NCBI GenBank assembly: GCA_046563655.1
Contig: CM102290.1
Location: forward strand, 8,184,001-8,248,000
Reading direction: 5' to 3'
Length of the DNA: 64,000 bases
From: Yuukianura sp. NJ FZ-2021
Lineage: Eukaryota
The stretch's first letter is position 1. Every line of letters begins with the position of its first letter. Made by a program: the position numbers and the translations under genes. Positions 27,901 through 40,700 of the stretch are shown piece by piece. A model generated the notes under the pieces. That model worked only from the letters and a program-made list of their open reading frames with translations, ran no database searches and had not been told where the DNA came from.

Positions 27901-30900
27901 AAGATGATTATCTCACCTTGAGTCATCCCCATAAACAAAAGTTTTTAAAACAATCATAAATCTACGCCAACAATAGAGTTAACTAAACCGCAAGCAAATA
28001 ATGAATGTGCCAATTGCAATGCAAAACAGACTTTATAAATAAATATGCACCTAAGCACAACTAAAATCTACAAAATTTTTCATAAGCTTGATCTTCAGCC
28101 AAAACCAAAGCAGTTTGACAACCTATTTTAGAATTTCAACAACAAATCAACTGTTTTAGACCAGTTTTTATGTCAAAAAGTTAAAATTAAACACCTGAAT
28201 TTGCCTTTCCGTCGACGAAGTTCCAACATCCACAATTATAATTAACGTCGTCCAATTGAAACTACAAAAAAAAAGTTGTCTAACTAGCTACTTCTAAGTT
28301 TATTTTATGGAAAGTTGTTGGTTGGTTCATTAAAGAAGCTACTTTGTGGGAATGCTCAAGTTTTGAGTAAACAATTCCAAGTGCTTGATATTCCTTGGGA
28401 AACAATTATATCTACTTTTTGGTTAGTCTCCGGAGACTCCTCAAGGAACTTTGCCAACAAGCTTTGTTTTCCCACAGCAAAGTCTTCGTCCTTGTCGGTT
28501 TCTAGCAAAAGTTACTTGAATCCAAACCTCCTGTTTAGTCAAGCTTCATCATTTTCTGACTCACGCCTTTTCTTAACTCTTTCACAGAAGAGTGGATTAC
28601 AAAGAAGAAGACGGAGTTGGTCACCACAAAGCAAATTGAGACTCGTGTCAAACGACAACTGGTTTTGGAAGATGGAAAAGTTGTTGAAGATTCTGGTCCC
28701 TTGGTGACCACAACTACGACAGAGGACACAGACAAGAATGAGTCTGAACAGACGGAGGTAGAATTGAATAATGAAAAATACTAGACGACATTTCAGGCCA
28801 AGGTTATTCAAAGTTTCTAAACAAAAAACGATCATGACCTTGAAATTTGATCTTGCAGCACAAAGACTATGGCGGAGAAGGTGAACCTGGAGAGGGGTGG
28901 ATTCCCATTACGAACATTCCCGAAGAAGCTGTAGTTAAGGAAGTGAATGAGCGGAAAGTGACTACGCATGACGAAGTGGAAGACATTTTGGAAACGGAAG
29001 AAATTAAGCATTTGGGAGACGTTAGTAGTGAGGTACGTCTAGATCTAGAAGTGTACAAACTGAATAAGCCTTAGGTTAGTTGAGTCATTGGTGGGAACCT
29101 ATAGTGTTGTGACACCGTTCACAGGATCTGAACATAACAATTAAACAGACCAATTGTTGAGCAGCTCAACTTTCGCTTTCACAGTTTTCAAAATTTTCAT
29201 AATGCCATTGTTATGTCATCATTCACAAGTTTGAGAAGAGCAATAATGGAATTCTTGTTCCGCAACACCGGCTTCCCACTTTCAAACTGTTGTTTTGGAA
29301 TAGCTGTGTCACTAGGACATTCCTTGGTGACTCAATCAAAACGCTGCAAAATTTGCTACGCACGTCGTTATCTACTGAACATCGCAAGTATAAAATTCGA
29401 GAAGCACTTCAGAAAAGGAGCGATGATATTTCAACCACAAGGAAACACAACCTGGTTGACAATTAATAGCCCAAAGCCAATTTGCCAATATTAATTACCA
29501 AATTTTCCCAAAATTTACCAAATTCATATTGAAACATAACAGTAATGAACAATATACGCAAACAAACTTAGACGATGAGATAGGTAAGCCACTTCTGCTC
29601 TCATTAATCTCGAGTTCCCAAACAATATCTGACATGATGGTCAAAAACGCACAGTGTCATTTTTGTCACCAAAAAGATCTGAACTACAAAATGCAATGTG
29701 AACTTTTTGCGTAATAAATAACTGGGGTAACTTGAGATTGACGGTTCGTCACCTTTCACCTTATCAACCAATTGAAAATTAGAGCTAGTTTATGGTGCTC
29801 TAACCGGGAAAATTGAAAAACCCCGAAAAAAGTGACAGGAAGTATAAAAACTTCGGATTTCGGAGGCACAATTAGCTTTTTCGGATTAGTAGTACTATAA
29901 TCAATAAGGTTCTGTGGTAAACGGATCAAAAGAATTTATACTCTAAACTTTGGAAAATTCGACACTGTGCGTTGTGCAGAAGTGGCTTAACCCTACTCAA
30001 CAAGAACCCATTTCTATCAAACTATATTTGAATTTACTTTTCATTTAAATTCGCATTCTTGGTTCGGAATTTTCGAAACTCTATTGAAAAAGCTTTTAAG
30101 ATCTAGTTCAAACACTTTCCGCTTGTTTATAGAAATGTACATCACTTCACGGTATCACGGTGAGACAAACGCCGATTGTGAAGTGATGTGAAACGTGTAA
30201 TGAAGCGTGAAGCACAGATTAAATGTATTGAGCTCTCTATTGATCTGCTATGAACGTTATGCCTCAATTGTATACACAAAATGGACTTAAAAACCCAGAT
30301 TCTAACAATTCAAATACGACGAAATTTCAATCTTGCATTACGCTCGTAATAGTAGATTTTTTTTTCAAATTGAAAGTTAAATTCTTATTTAAGAAGGAAC
30401 AAACGTAAAAACGGCCAGGAAAAAAAACAATACTTTTCTTGAGCCAGCATCAAAAATATAATTTCCAGTGAAAGTGGTGTTTTTTTTTTGTTTCAATTTT
30501 TATAACTTTTCAAGCCATTTTCAGACGTTTTCCGACGACTTTTACACAAAATTTGTAGTCTTTTTTGGTGTTTCTTTGTTCTAATGTTTTTTTAACATTT
30601 TTTTTAGAAATTAGTTCGAGCAATTGGTGAAGGCAGTGGAAATGCCCGTAATGTTTTCCTGCGGTCAGACAGAAATGAAATGGTCGCGCTTTCACCCTAT
30701 GACAAAGAACTGGCAGCTCAGCGTCGCATTATTCAACAGTCTCGGCGACATGATCGTACTACTGACATCGAAGACACAAAAGAGGTTATAAGCACAAAGG
30801 ACTTGGATTCAATTAATCAAGTCTTACTTTAATTTAATTTACGGTAAAGTAAATCACTTTCTACAATATCCTTTAGGTGAGCAGACTAAATGAAAAGGGA

Positions 30901-33900
30901 AACATGGTGACCGAAATCACGAAAAGGCATGAACATGAAGACTTTCACAACGAAGACATTCCGGATTCGGATTCAGATGAATTTGAGCACATTGAGGACC
31001 AAGATGGAACACAAGAGTACAGTCATGCCAAATCCGAAAATTTTATCGAGTACTTATCAGTTCCCAAGGGAGGTTCACTGTCTGAGGGTGTTAAGGTATT
31101 AATTTAAATCCAAATAATTACTAATTACACATCTCCGACTACTTTTCAACAACTATTAACTACGACTCATGATTTACATGCTTGAACAGTTTATTAATTC
31201 CTCACGAACCTAACTTAGAAACTAAAAGCAACGAAGAGATTTTCCTGCTAACCAGATTTTAATTAATAGTTACACAAATTACGTTCGGATCAAGTCCAAA
31301 GGAGTTAGTTTCAAAATTTGGAGGCGTGACATGGAGGGCGTAACCCATATAAATTGATTACCATTAGACGATTAGTATCTGGTAGTGCAGCTTCTTTTCT
31401 TTTATCCAGAACCTAAACTATTGGATCCTCCTCAGGTTAAAGTTGCATGGACTTTCAGATTTTCCAAAAATGAAAAACCAAACCCTCAATCGTAAATTTT
31501 TAAAAATTAATGTTCTAACCGCCTTCCTTCCTTCCACTTCCAATGTTCAAACAGATTGGAGAAGGTGCTCGACTCGTCTCAGAAAATATCAGTTCTCAGC
31601 GCCAGGGAGATGAAGACTTGTGGGATTCCGTATCAGAACGAATCAGAAAATCAGTAGACAAACCTGAAGAAAATGGCCGAATCGGAGGTTTGAATCGATC
31701 AGATGCCCTAACCAGTCGCCCACTGGACATTAGTCAAGAAGAACATACACGTAAAAATGAAACTAATCGTTGGCTGAGTAGTCACTTTGGAAGTTCAAGC
31801 AGTTCACTAAATTCAGAGTCCCTACCGAGGTCACCACTACAGTCAACCCCACAAGGAATACATGTGACGATGACTTCAAGAATGTCACCAGTTCAAGTTT
31901 CACCCACGCCCCCACCACCTCCTCCCCCCAAACCAGGGAAACGAATTACATTTCAAGACAGTCCATCACCAAGTCCAAATTCCAAGGACGTAACATTTGT
32001 AAGACGCTTTGACTTCCAATTCCTTCAAGAAAATTCATAAAAACAAAAAAAAAAAAAGTAAAACATGCTCGCAAAAGCAACAACTTCTTTTGTGTCCTGT
32101 CCAATTTTGGCTCTAGCAATAATAATGTGTCCGCCGCAGAAGCTTTTTATGTTCGTTAGCTAAGAACTAGGATTTGCTTTCAATTGCCCAAATTCAAACA
32201 GAACAACTATCAAAGTTGGTGGTCGAAACTTGTTCCAACAAAATTTAGAAAAAACAGCTACACCTAATTTGTTCGTCCTGTACAACTTGAAAACTAATGC
32301 TTGTGGTTTTGTATTGGGGCGGAATGCTGAAAAATTGCTTCTTTAGCCTAACCTAACCTTTTAAGCTTTTGGCTTCATCAACAACTGTTTTAACTATGTT
32401 GTTAATTATGTACTTAACAAGTTAATAATTAGAGCTTCATTTTTTCTTTTGTTCTTCTTAAAAAGGATATGAAGAATCGACACGATAGTGTGATGCGTTC
32501 ACTCAATTCCCAATTTGGACGCGGCACAGTTACCAAATCTGGTGAGGATTTGTGGGACGAGTCGTTGACACCTACGCCACCTCCGCGCTCCCGCCGTCGA
32601 AACTCTCCTGACATCCGACATGTTCGAACACCAGATCAGACCTCATCGCCAATTCAAACCAACATGTACTTGCGCAAAGTGGATCACGAACCCTACAATC
32701 TACAGGTAACAATTATCATCAACTGTCACTAATTTACCCTATGATTATTACTTCATACCATATCCATTGCAGGTATAAAAAAAAACTCCATGCCATTGGT
32801 TCGAATCAATTGTTTCTAAAGTAAAAGTTTCTAAAAATTATTTATGAAATAACCTCTAGTTTGTTTCTTTTAGAAGGCGGTTTTCAAATTTAAAAAAAAT
32901 TTCAGTAGCATTATAAACCGTAAACATAGAAATTATCATTTTTCCGAAATTTTGTATACAAAACTAATGGAAAAAGTGTTTTTCAAAAATTTTGAAAGTT
33001 TTTCCAAAGCGTCACAACGGAAGACACAAAAGCAACGAAAAAAAATTCGCGTTCTAAAAAGAAACAAACTATAGGTACAACTCTTAATGCATTACAAATA
33101 AAGTTTTTAGAAACATTTCTCCTTTAGAATCGCTTTGAAAGCAAACGAAACTGTTTATATTAAAGAATGATAATATTTTTAGATGAAGTCATAAAAATTT
33201 ACAACTGATTTGACACTTTTGTTTTTCCAGGGAATCAGTGACAAGGGTGAACGAAAAACTTTTGAACGGCGAGAAGAGAGTTTTGGCTACACGGGTTCAA
33301 GTCAACCTCTAACTCGGAATTCATTTGAATCTCCCAAGTTTGATGACGGTTATGTAACAAAACATAACAATTACTACACCACAACAGAAACAAATAATCC
33401 GACTCAAAACGCCCTCTACAAAAACGGTTTAGCAGAAGTCACGGAACGGAAAACACTTGAACGACGAGAACAAAGTTTGGCTTACGATGGCCCATCACAA
33501 AAGCAGTTTCATCCCAAGTATATTCTTGGGGTACCGAGTTCTACCATTGGAAGATTAAAAGGGATTGAAGGGACTGGAGCAGTCTTGGTCAAGGAAGATT
33601 CTCCAGGGCCCACTGACAGTCGCCATTCTCAAACACTGCCGCGACGACGCTTCTACTTTGGAGATGAAGAAGGAACGCTCGGAAATAAGCATGCAGCGCT
33701 AGAGCCGAAACGAAGTGGTGGATATGGGAAGCCCAAAGAACTTCGTCAACCGGGCACAGATGACATTAATGTGTCCATTTCCAACAACTACAGTTCGGCA
33801 TCAGATAATCGGAAAGTGGCCAGCCTCAGCCGAAGTATGAGTTTCACTCCATCAACTTTACGTGAACAACCAAAGTACGTTAACAGAACCGAAGCCACAA

Positions 33901-34616
33901 GAACAGATCAGCGATTTCAAGACATATACAAATCAAATCCACAATTGGTCGATTCATCTGATTTGCTCAGTCCCAGATTGATTACAAATATTGGCCGAAA
34001 TCCACGGGAACTCAATGGTTCCAATTCACCTTGGGGGTCACGGATTGAGAAGAATACTGCTGAGGCAGTATACTCAAATAGATATGAAACCGGAGGAACT
34101 TCAAATTATACTCGCTCCAAGACATCCAACATTGACAATTTGAAAAAAAGCAGTTCAGACTTGTACGAATCGCTGTTGGGCAAGAACAAGGGGGGTTCCC
34201 CTTCACGGTCAATGACCCCCACACGAGCCTATTCTCCGAGCAACCGAGCTCTGGCAACGCGATCCCCGGCCCTGATTGATGACGACTGTGAAGAAACGCA
34301 TAGAATGACGTCTAGCACCCCCGACAGTGACGCTTCTAAACCAAGGATTACGACCGACACGACTTCAAAATTCTCTCGAAGGACCTTGCGCAATGAAGAT
34401 GGACAACCGGCTGGAAAAGTAGAATCTACCGAAACAACGACACGAACCAAGAGTCGCTTCAAGGAATCCGAAGTAATGTATCCAAATGGACGCAGAGCAG
34501 AATCACCATTGTCATCATTCCGAACGGAATTGAGACCACAGAGGACAACCACTGGAAGCGTTGTGATCCCTGTCAAAGATCCAAACAATAATAGACATGT
34601 CCACTATGCAAAATAA
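24918..34616 (+). CDS. Large low-complexity arthropod protein, possibly chascon-like (cytoskeletal adaptor)
   Basis: Phase-consistent exons: 24918-25128, 28588-28757, 28859-29032, 30608-30784, 30877-31095, 31555-31998, 32466-32705, 33231-34616. The blocks TTKQIETRVKRQLVLEDGKVVEDSGPLVTT and DALTSRPLDISQEEHTRKNETNRWLSSHFGS resemble insect chascon-type proteins as I recall them (unverified). A polyproline tract is present. Confidence 0.75.
32826..33113. mobile_element. MITE-like element with imperfect terminal inverted repeats, in an intron
   Basis: Left arm gtttctaaaaattattt..acctctagtttgtttcttttagaaggcg pairs with right arm cgcgttctaaaaagaaacaaactataggt..aaataaagtttttagaaac. No coding capacity. 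Confidence 0.65.
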
Positions 34617-37600
34617 ACAGCAACGCCGTTATGCGGTTTAACGCTCCGTCAATTTTAAAAAAGCAATTGAAAACCTTTGATGTTTTTTTTTTGTTTTCAA
34701 CACATTGACAATAATGCTAACCCGTCCAAAATCAAGAAACCTTGAAAACAAAAAGCTAAAATGTTACGAAACTATGGAAAATGAGTGATTCCAACTAAAC
34801 CTTTAATTGTAAAAACAATTAATCCGAAAACGAAATCATTAACAGTATAAATGTGAATACCTTATGTGAAAGTTACTTTGTGTAGTTAATGTGCATACGA
34901 GCAAACTGTTACTGTAATTCTTAGTTGGCAGTAATCATAAACATTAATAATTAATAAATCAGACGTAAAAAAGTGGCTAATAATTTCATTAATTAAGAAT
35001 TCCGAGATTGGAGGAAAACTGAACTACAGGAAATCCCAAGGAAATTTGCAACTTTTTGTTTTTTTTAAACGACGTCTTCCTAATTAGAAAATTCTTGGAT
35101 TCAAGTTTGGTAATCAAATGACTAACGACGTGCTTTACTGCGGTGCAATTCAACAATTTGATACATGAGATCGCAGTTTGGCAAAAAAGTAAATCGTATC
35201 AAGCGTTGAAAAGTTCTCAGTTACCAAAACATGTCAAGATGGTGCTAATTGATTAATTTTGAACAAATCCTCAAAGGAGAGTCACGCGATAGCAAAAATA
35301 ATAAATCAAAATACAAAAAAGTAGTAAAAACGAAGCTTATTTAACATTTCGGTTGGATCACTTTTTCAATCCAATTTCTCCCAAAAATTTCAAAAACAGT
35401 GTCCTAAAATGACACTTTAAACATTTTCCTCCCTGTTTTATTCCTTTCCATTATTTTTTTATGTTCAACAGCAAAAAAATAAGCAACGTTTCCACTTTAA
35501 AATGCAAGTTTGATCTTTGATTTTTGTGAGCATCTGCGGCAGCCGCAACTCATTTCATTCGACAGCAACCAAAAAATAACAATTTTTATCCCTTTTTGCA
35601 AAATCATAGTTTGTGCAAAAAGAAAAAAATGGTTGACGCTTGAAGAGTGCGTGGGTGGTATGGGCATGGACTTCTGCCCACACCAACCACTTAAACTCTG
35701 CTCTTGTACTTCTTGGAAGTAACTACTTTCAAAGTGCCTTGTGGAAGATCACTTGAGGGAGAAAGCCTTTGCCTTTAGTTTTGTGTGCTAAATGGCAGGA
35801 TCATCAGGTGAGGAGGTGTAAAGATGTCCCTAAAAGGATGCAGAATCCTAAGCATTCCATTCCTTTGTTCTCTCAGCATCTCCTAACCACTGGGAAGTGT
35901 CATGTCAGAGTCACTGGCGTCTTAACATAACACCTTCCAGAACAACAACCAAGGTTTCCTAAAGCAAACGTCCAAAAAACTACGCAGCTACTACCGAACA
36001 TAACGTGGCTCCTAAAAGTTCCTTTTCTGTAGTTGACAACTGACAATTGACGACTAATTTGAACAAAAAAAAATCCCGTGAAGTTACTATTTGGACCTTT
36101 GGCCCAATTTCCATGTCCTGTTATGTTCTCCTGGAAGTGAAGTTAAGCTGCTCCTCCTAGCCGTGTCATGCAACTTGAAGTTTCCGCTCCCAATTTAATT
36201 ACGGTTTCCATTAGAACAGGTAATTTCGGTGGCTAACTATAACTGACAGTCCGGAAACTTGCGGCACCACGCAGTCCTTCTATTGTCAACTTTGAGGTAA
36301 AACGGGATCAGCCGCATTTTTTGTTCCTGGATTGCTGATTTCGGACAAGTGTGACAAGAATTTTTAGACAGGTAACAAGCATGGTTATATTGCTATAGTT
36401 GTTGCAAATTAAAATGAGATCCGACGAGCGGAAGGATTTTTGTACGTTCTATTGTTATGTAAACCGTATCCGGTATGATTCAGAAAACCAACGATTCGGT
36501 TATTAAACCCGTGGGAAGAGCGTCTTCCCGGAAGAAGCCTTTGAAGGCATCGCCAAAAAAACCTTCCTTAAACACACTTAAAAAACCTACTTCAAAAAGT
36601 TCAGCAAAATACGCTTTCTTAATTTTTTCAAAATTTTTCCACATTCATTCAAAAAAAAAACTGGTGAGGTATAGGGTGGCACAGGGCGTTGGCAGGAGGT
36701 TTTAGCAGCCCAAGAATTTTTTTAGAGCTTTGAAACGCGTCTTATAAAAAAGGAAGACGAGCTTTCAAAACACAAATCGAAATTTAAATTGCCAAATTAA
36801 GAAGAAAATTAAATATTTCTTTTTTTAATGCGTTTAAACAGTAGTGCAAACTGTGAATATATTTAGGCTATACGGCTGCTTTAAAGTGTTCACGTACGGT
36901 GATCTAACTGTGAGTTAGTGCTAACGTTGAGGTGGATCGCTATCATTTTAATTGTAGTTTTTTAGTCTGATTCGGACGGATGCATCGCTACCTCACAGTT
37001 TCATCCCCCTCACACTCCTGCCACTGCTTAGAAAAACACTGTATCATGAGCACATTGTAAAAAGTGTAAAGTACTACACATTATCTGCGAGCAAATACGG
37101 TAAGAAGAAATACCCTATGCCACAATGTCCATCTACGATACACAACAAACTTCCGACAATCTCCCAAAATAGTATTCTTCTCCCCCACCTTTTAGTCTGG
37201 GGGAGGGGGATGTTTTTTACCAAAGTAACTTTTTGCAAAGTGCTGTTGGCCAGAATGAAGTCACAGAGACAAGACACAAGTGAAGTGATGGGGTAGCCCA
37301 CTGCTAACTCATAATTTATTCCATTCGACTTGTAACTACAACGCCGTTGAATCATTACTGTCGTTTTGTCATTGTTTCCAGAAGATTCAATTTCTGCTGT
37401 CCTTGAACATTGTAATGGACTTGGATTCCATTTAGATTAGTTTCTGAATCTGCGTAAACAATTTTCAATGCAATTTTGTTCAATTGTTGGAACAAAAGCA
37501 GCGTCATTGGAAATTGCAACCAGTTTTTCCTTTGCGTCTGTGTCATGCTCTACCCCGTGCCTCTCCAAATTGTATTCTTAAACGCTTTTGTGAAGTGACC

Positions 37601-37713
37601 GTGAATTCGATAAATTAAGTTTTTAACTCAACTTTTCCTTTTTAAATTTCGTGCCAAAATTTTTTTTAGAAATCCAAACTTTTCAAATTCATTAGTTTTT
37701 TAAAGGTGGTGAA

Positions 37714-40700
37714 ATGGAATCAGAACTGTTAAGAATGCCGCAGTACATGATGACGAGGGCTCTGGTGCCATCATTTCGAGAAGAAAAACAGTTTCCACAC
37801 AATTTGGGAAATTTTCAACTGGACAACCACAATGTTGAAGAATGGTCGGACAGTAATGACCCAAATTTAAAACATCGCGCTAGAAAAGAAATTGGGAAGT
37901 GGGTCAACCATCACAGAAATGCAGATATACAAATTCAAAGAGTAAGTTTTTCTAAAAAACGTGAATTTTTTGTATAACTCACATTCGAATTGGAAGGGGG
38001 GATAGTTTACAAAAGTGTCAAACAAAACATTAATCTTTTCCAATTCACCAACATATTTTTTACTATGAAAATTCCAAACTATTGTCTTCTGTTTTGCTTC
38101 CTTGAAACTCTTTTGAATTTTGATCACACAAAAGATTTTTTGTTCCAAAAAAAACAAAGAATGGACACCTAAATTTGATCGAATTTTCATCTGACGCAGA
38201 CTTTCATAAAAACAAATCGATTTTTATCTCAAAGGCAAAAATTTCCCAATAACGGCAACACTCATTTAAAAGCGACAAGTTTTGACGGAATTCTGGTGTC
38301 AATGGAACTTTAGTGTCAATTAACTTTGAAATAAGAAAGTTCTAACCAAACAACCAACATTTTTGACATCCCTAATTTTCACTTTCATTTTTTTTTCCAT
38401 TTTTGTTAAATAGCACGATGACTCTACAGCGTCTGCCAAGGGCCATGCTAACCAAAGGACTGAGATCATCCAAGGGTCTTCACCTCACTCCAAATTTGAA
38501 ATTGTAAGAACAGAACGTGAATGTGAACGTGGAGGCGGTGAAGAGGGAGGCCAAAGTTCACGTTCACGGATTTCATCTATGTCCACCTCCTACCAAATGA
38601 GTTCGTCACGCGGAATGAGATTCACATCCAAGGTAATTACTCACTCTATTGTCTTCTTTCTCAGTTTTTGTTAACGCAGATTTGGGGTTATGATCACAAG
38701 TTACGGTAGGACAAAATCCATTCTAGTGGTTGACCATGACATAATGTAAGAATAGCCTGCTGCACCTCAAAACTAACAAAGGAAACAGGGTTCACGTCCT
38801 GTCACCTTCATACTTTTAATGAAAATTTGACCTTAGGTCACCAGACTCCTCAACATCTTGAACCCCTTGTCGTCTTTGAACTATTTTCAGAGCCTTTACA
38901 ACCTGCTACTAGTTTTCAATTTGCTTCTCCACGGCGCATGAACAACGGAGATGAACAACAGTTTCATGTACCTGATAGTATTTACAACACAAATACATGC
39001 ATAAAAACATATACACCTAAAAAAATTGAAAACAAAAGTTCCACTGAATCTTGGTAAAACACATAGTGTATACTCCTCCGTCCAGGATTTTTTTTCTATA
39101 AATTTTTTACGCTTTCATATCTGCACACAGATTTGCTCCATCCGGCTTGTATTGAACTTACTCAAACTGAATAATTTTCGCGCGCGTGAGACCAAACCAT
39201 TAATTTTTCTTTTTGCTATTATGCTACTGGAATTGGGAAATTTAAAGGTTCTACAATTGAGTGAAGTGATCCGTAAATCTACTGATCATAATCAGAAGAC
39301 GATGAAAAAGAAAAGTGATTTCATAAGCTTAACACCCCCTCCGAATGCACTTTTGAAATCTTCATGATAGTTTAATAAAGCCTCTCATTAATTTCGTAAC
39401 AGAAGCAGAACTGCTAAATTTGAGTTTTTTTATTCTTACACCAATTGTGATGCCTCTCTTTCAGTAACAAAAAAAAAATTGGACCAACTTCAAAATTTCT
39501 TAAACCAAGTCTAATTGATTGAGGATATCTTGGATATGAATTTTTTCCTCCTCGTTTTCATTTTACAAGACCAACCTTTAGTTTCACTTAAGGCACTAAA
39601 TGACTCTAGTAAACGCTAGTTTAAATTTAGAAAATGGTGAAACTCAAAAATTTTGATGTGCCAAAATTCTTCAAGTTCTGAGTCAGTAAATATTAAACCA
39701 ACTGCCAAAATTTATCTTGATACAAAGAGTATGAACTTGTCAGAAAAGTGAATGTTTCTATTTGGAATTTTTAGACTACTAGCAATAAAACGTCCACGAC
39801 GACGACAACTCTAAGCAGCCCCAAAATAATGGACAAGGCGGATGACTTTGAAACTTTGAAGGTGACCATTTTGTATTACCAAATCAACAATTATTATTAA
39901 CATTAACAATCATCACATCAAACTTAATTGTTAACGCTCTTAGTTTGTCCCTCAATTTGTTATTAATTATCAGGGTTCCGCGACTTGGGTTTTGCACCCA
40001 TTGCACCCTTGAGGGGGCGAGTTTTCTGTATTTGGATTTGTGCAAATTGCTTCACACTTTTGCACGTTACGCGTAGGTTGCAAAAGTGTCGCCTGTATTT
40101 TTGTAATCAGAGTTAGAAAGAAAATACAATGCTAGAGACACTCAGTATTAAATCACAGGCAAAAAAAAACGGATTTATGTCAACATTATGTTTGAACAGC
40201 CAAACTTTTTTGAACTTATAGATCGAAGGGCCTCTTCTGGACAACTCAACACAACGTGAACGAATCAACGTAGGGCGTAGTGGGACAATGGGCATAAGGC
40301 GTCCACCTACTCGAAAAGGAAACAATGGTCACAAGGACCCTGAAACGTTTGACACGTCAAAGTCCCTAGGTCATGACCCCTCAAGTGTTACTGCATCTGC
40401 CTTGGAATCTGATGACCTCTCTATTGTTTCTGTTAAAACCATCTCTCCTAAAATTCTTGTTGGATTTCCAGCGGAAATCCAAGTGGAACTTCGTCACAAA
40501 CTATCCGAAAGAGACTTTGATCGCGTCACCATTGACGATACAAGGAACGTAGAAACAGAGAAACCATCAAACGAATTTCAGTCACCCCCTGCCAGCACAT
40601 CTACCAATGGCTACCGAACTGTCTCAGCAATTTTCCAAAACCCAACTCCTATTGACAATTTTCGAAGGTTTCGAAAAAGTAGTCACGGCAGTTCTACTAC

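Noticed and set aside
39971..40095. Short GC-richer patch with an 11-bp inverted repeat (acacttttgca/tgcaaaagtgt)
   Set aside because: Too short, with no clear termini or TSD to call an element.
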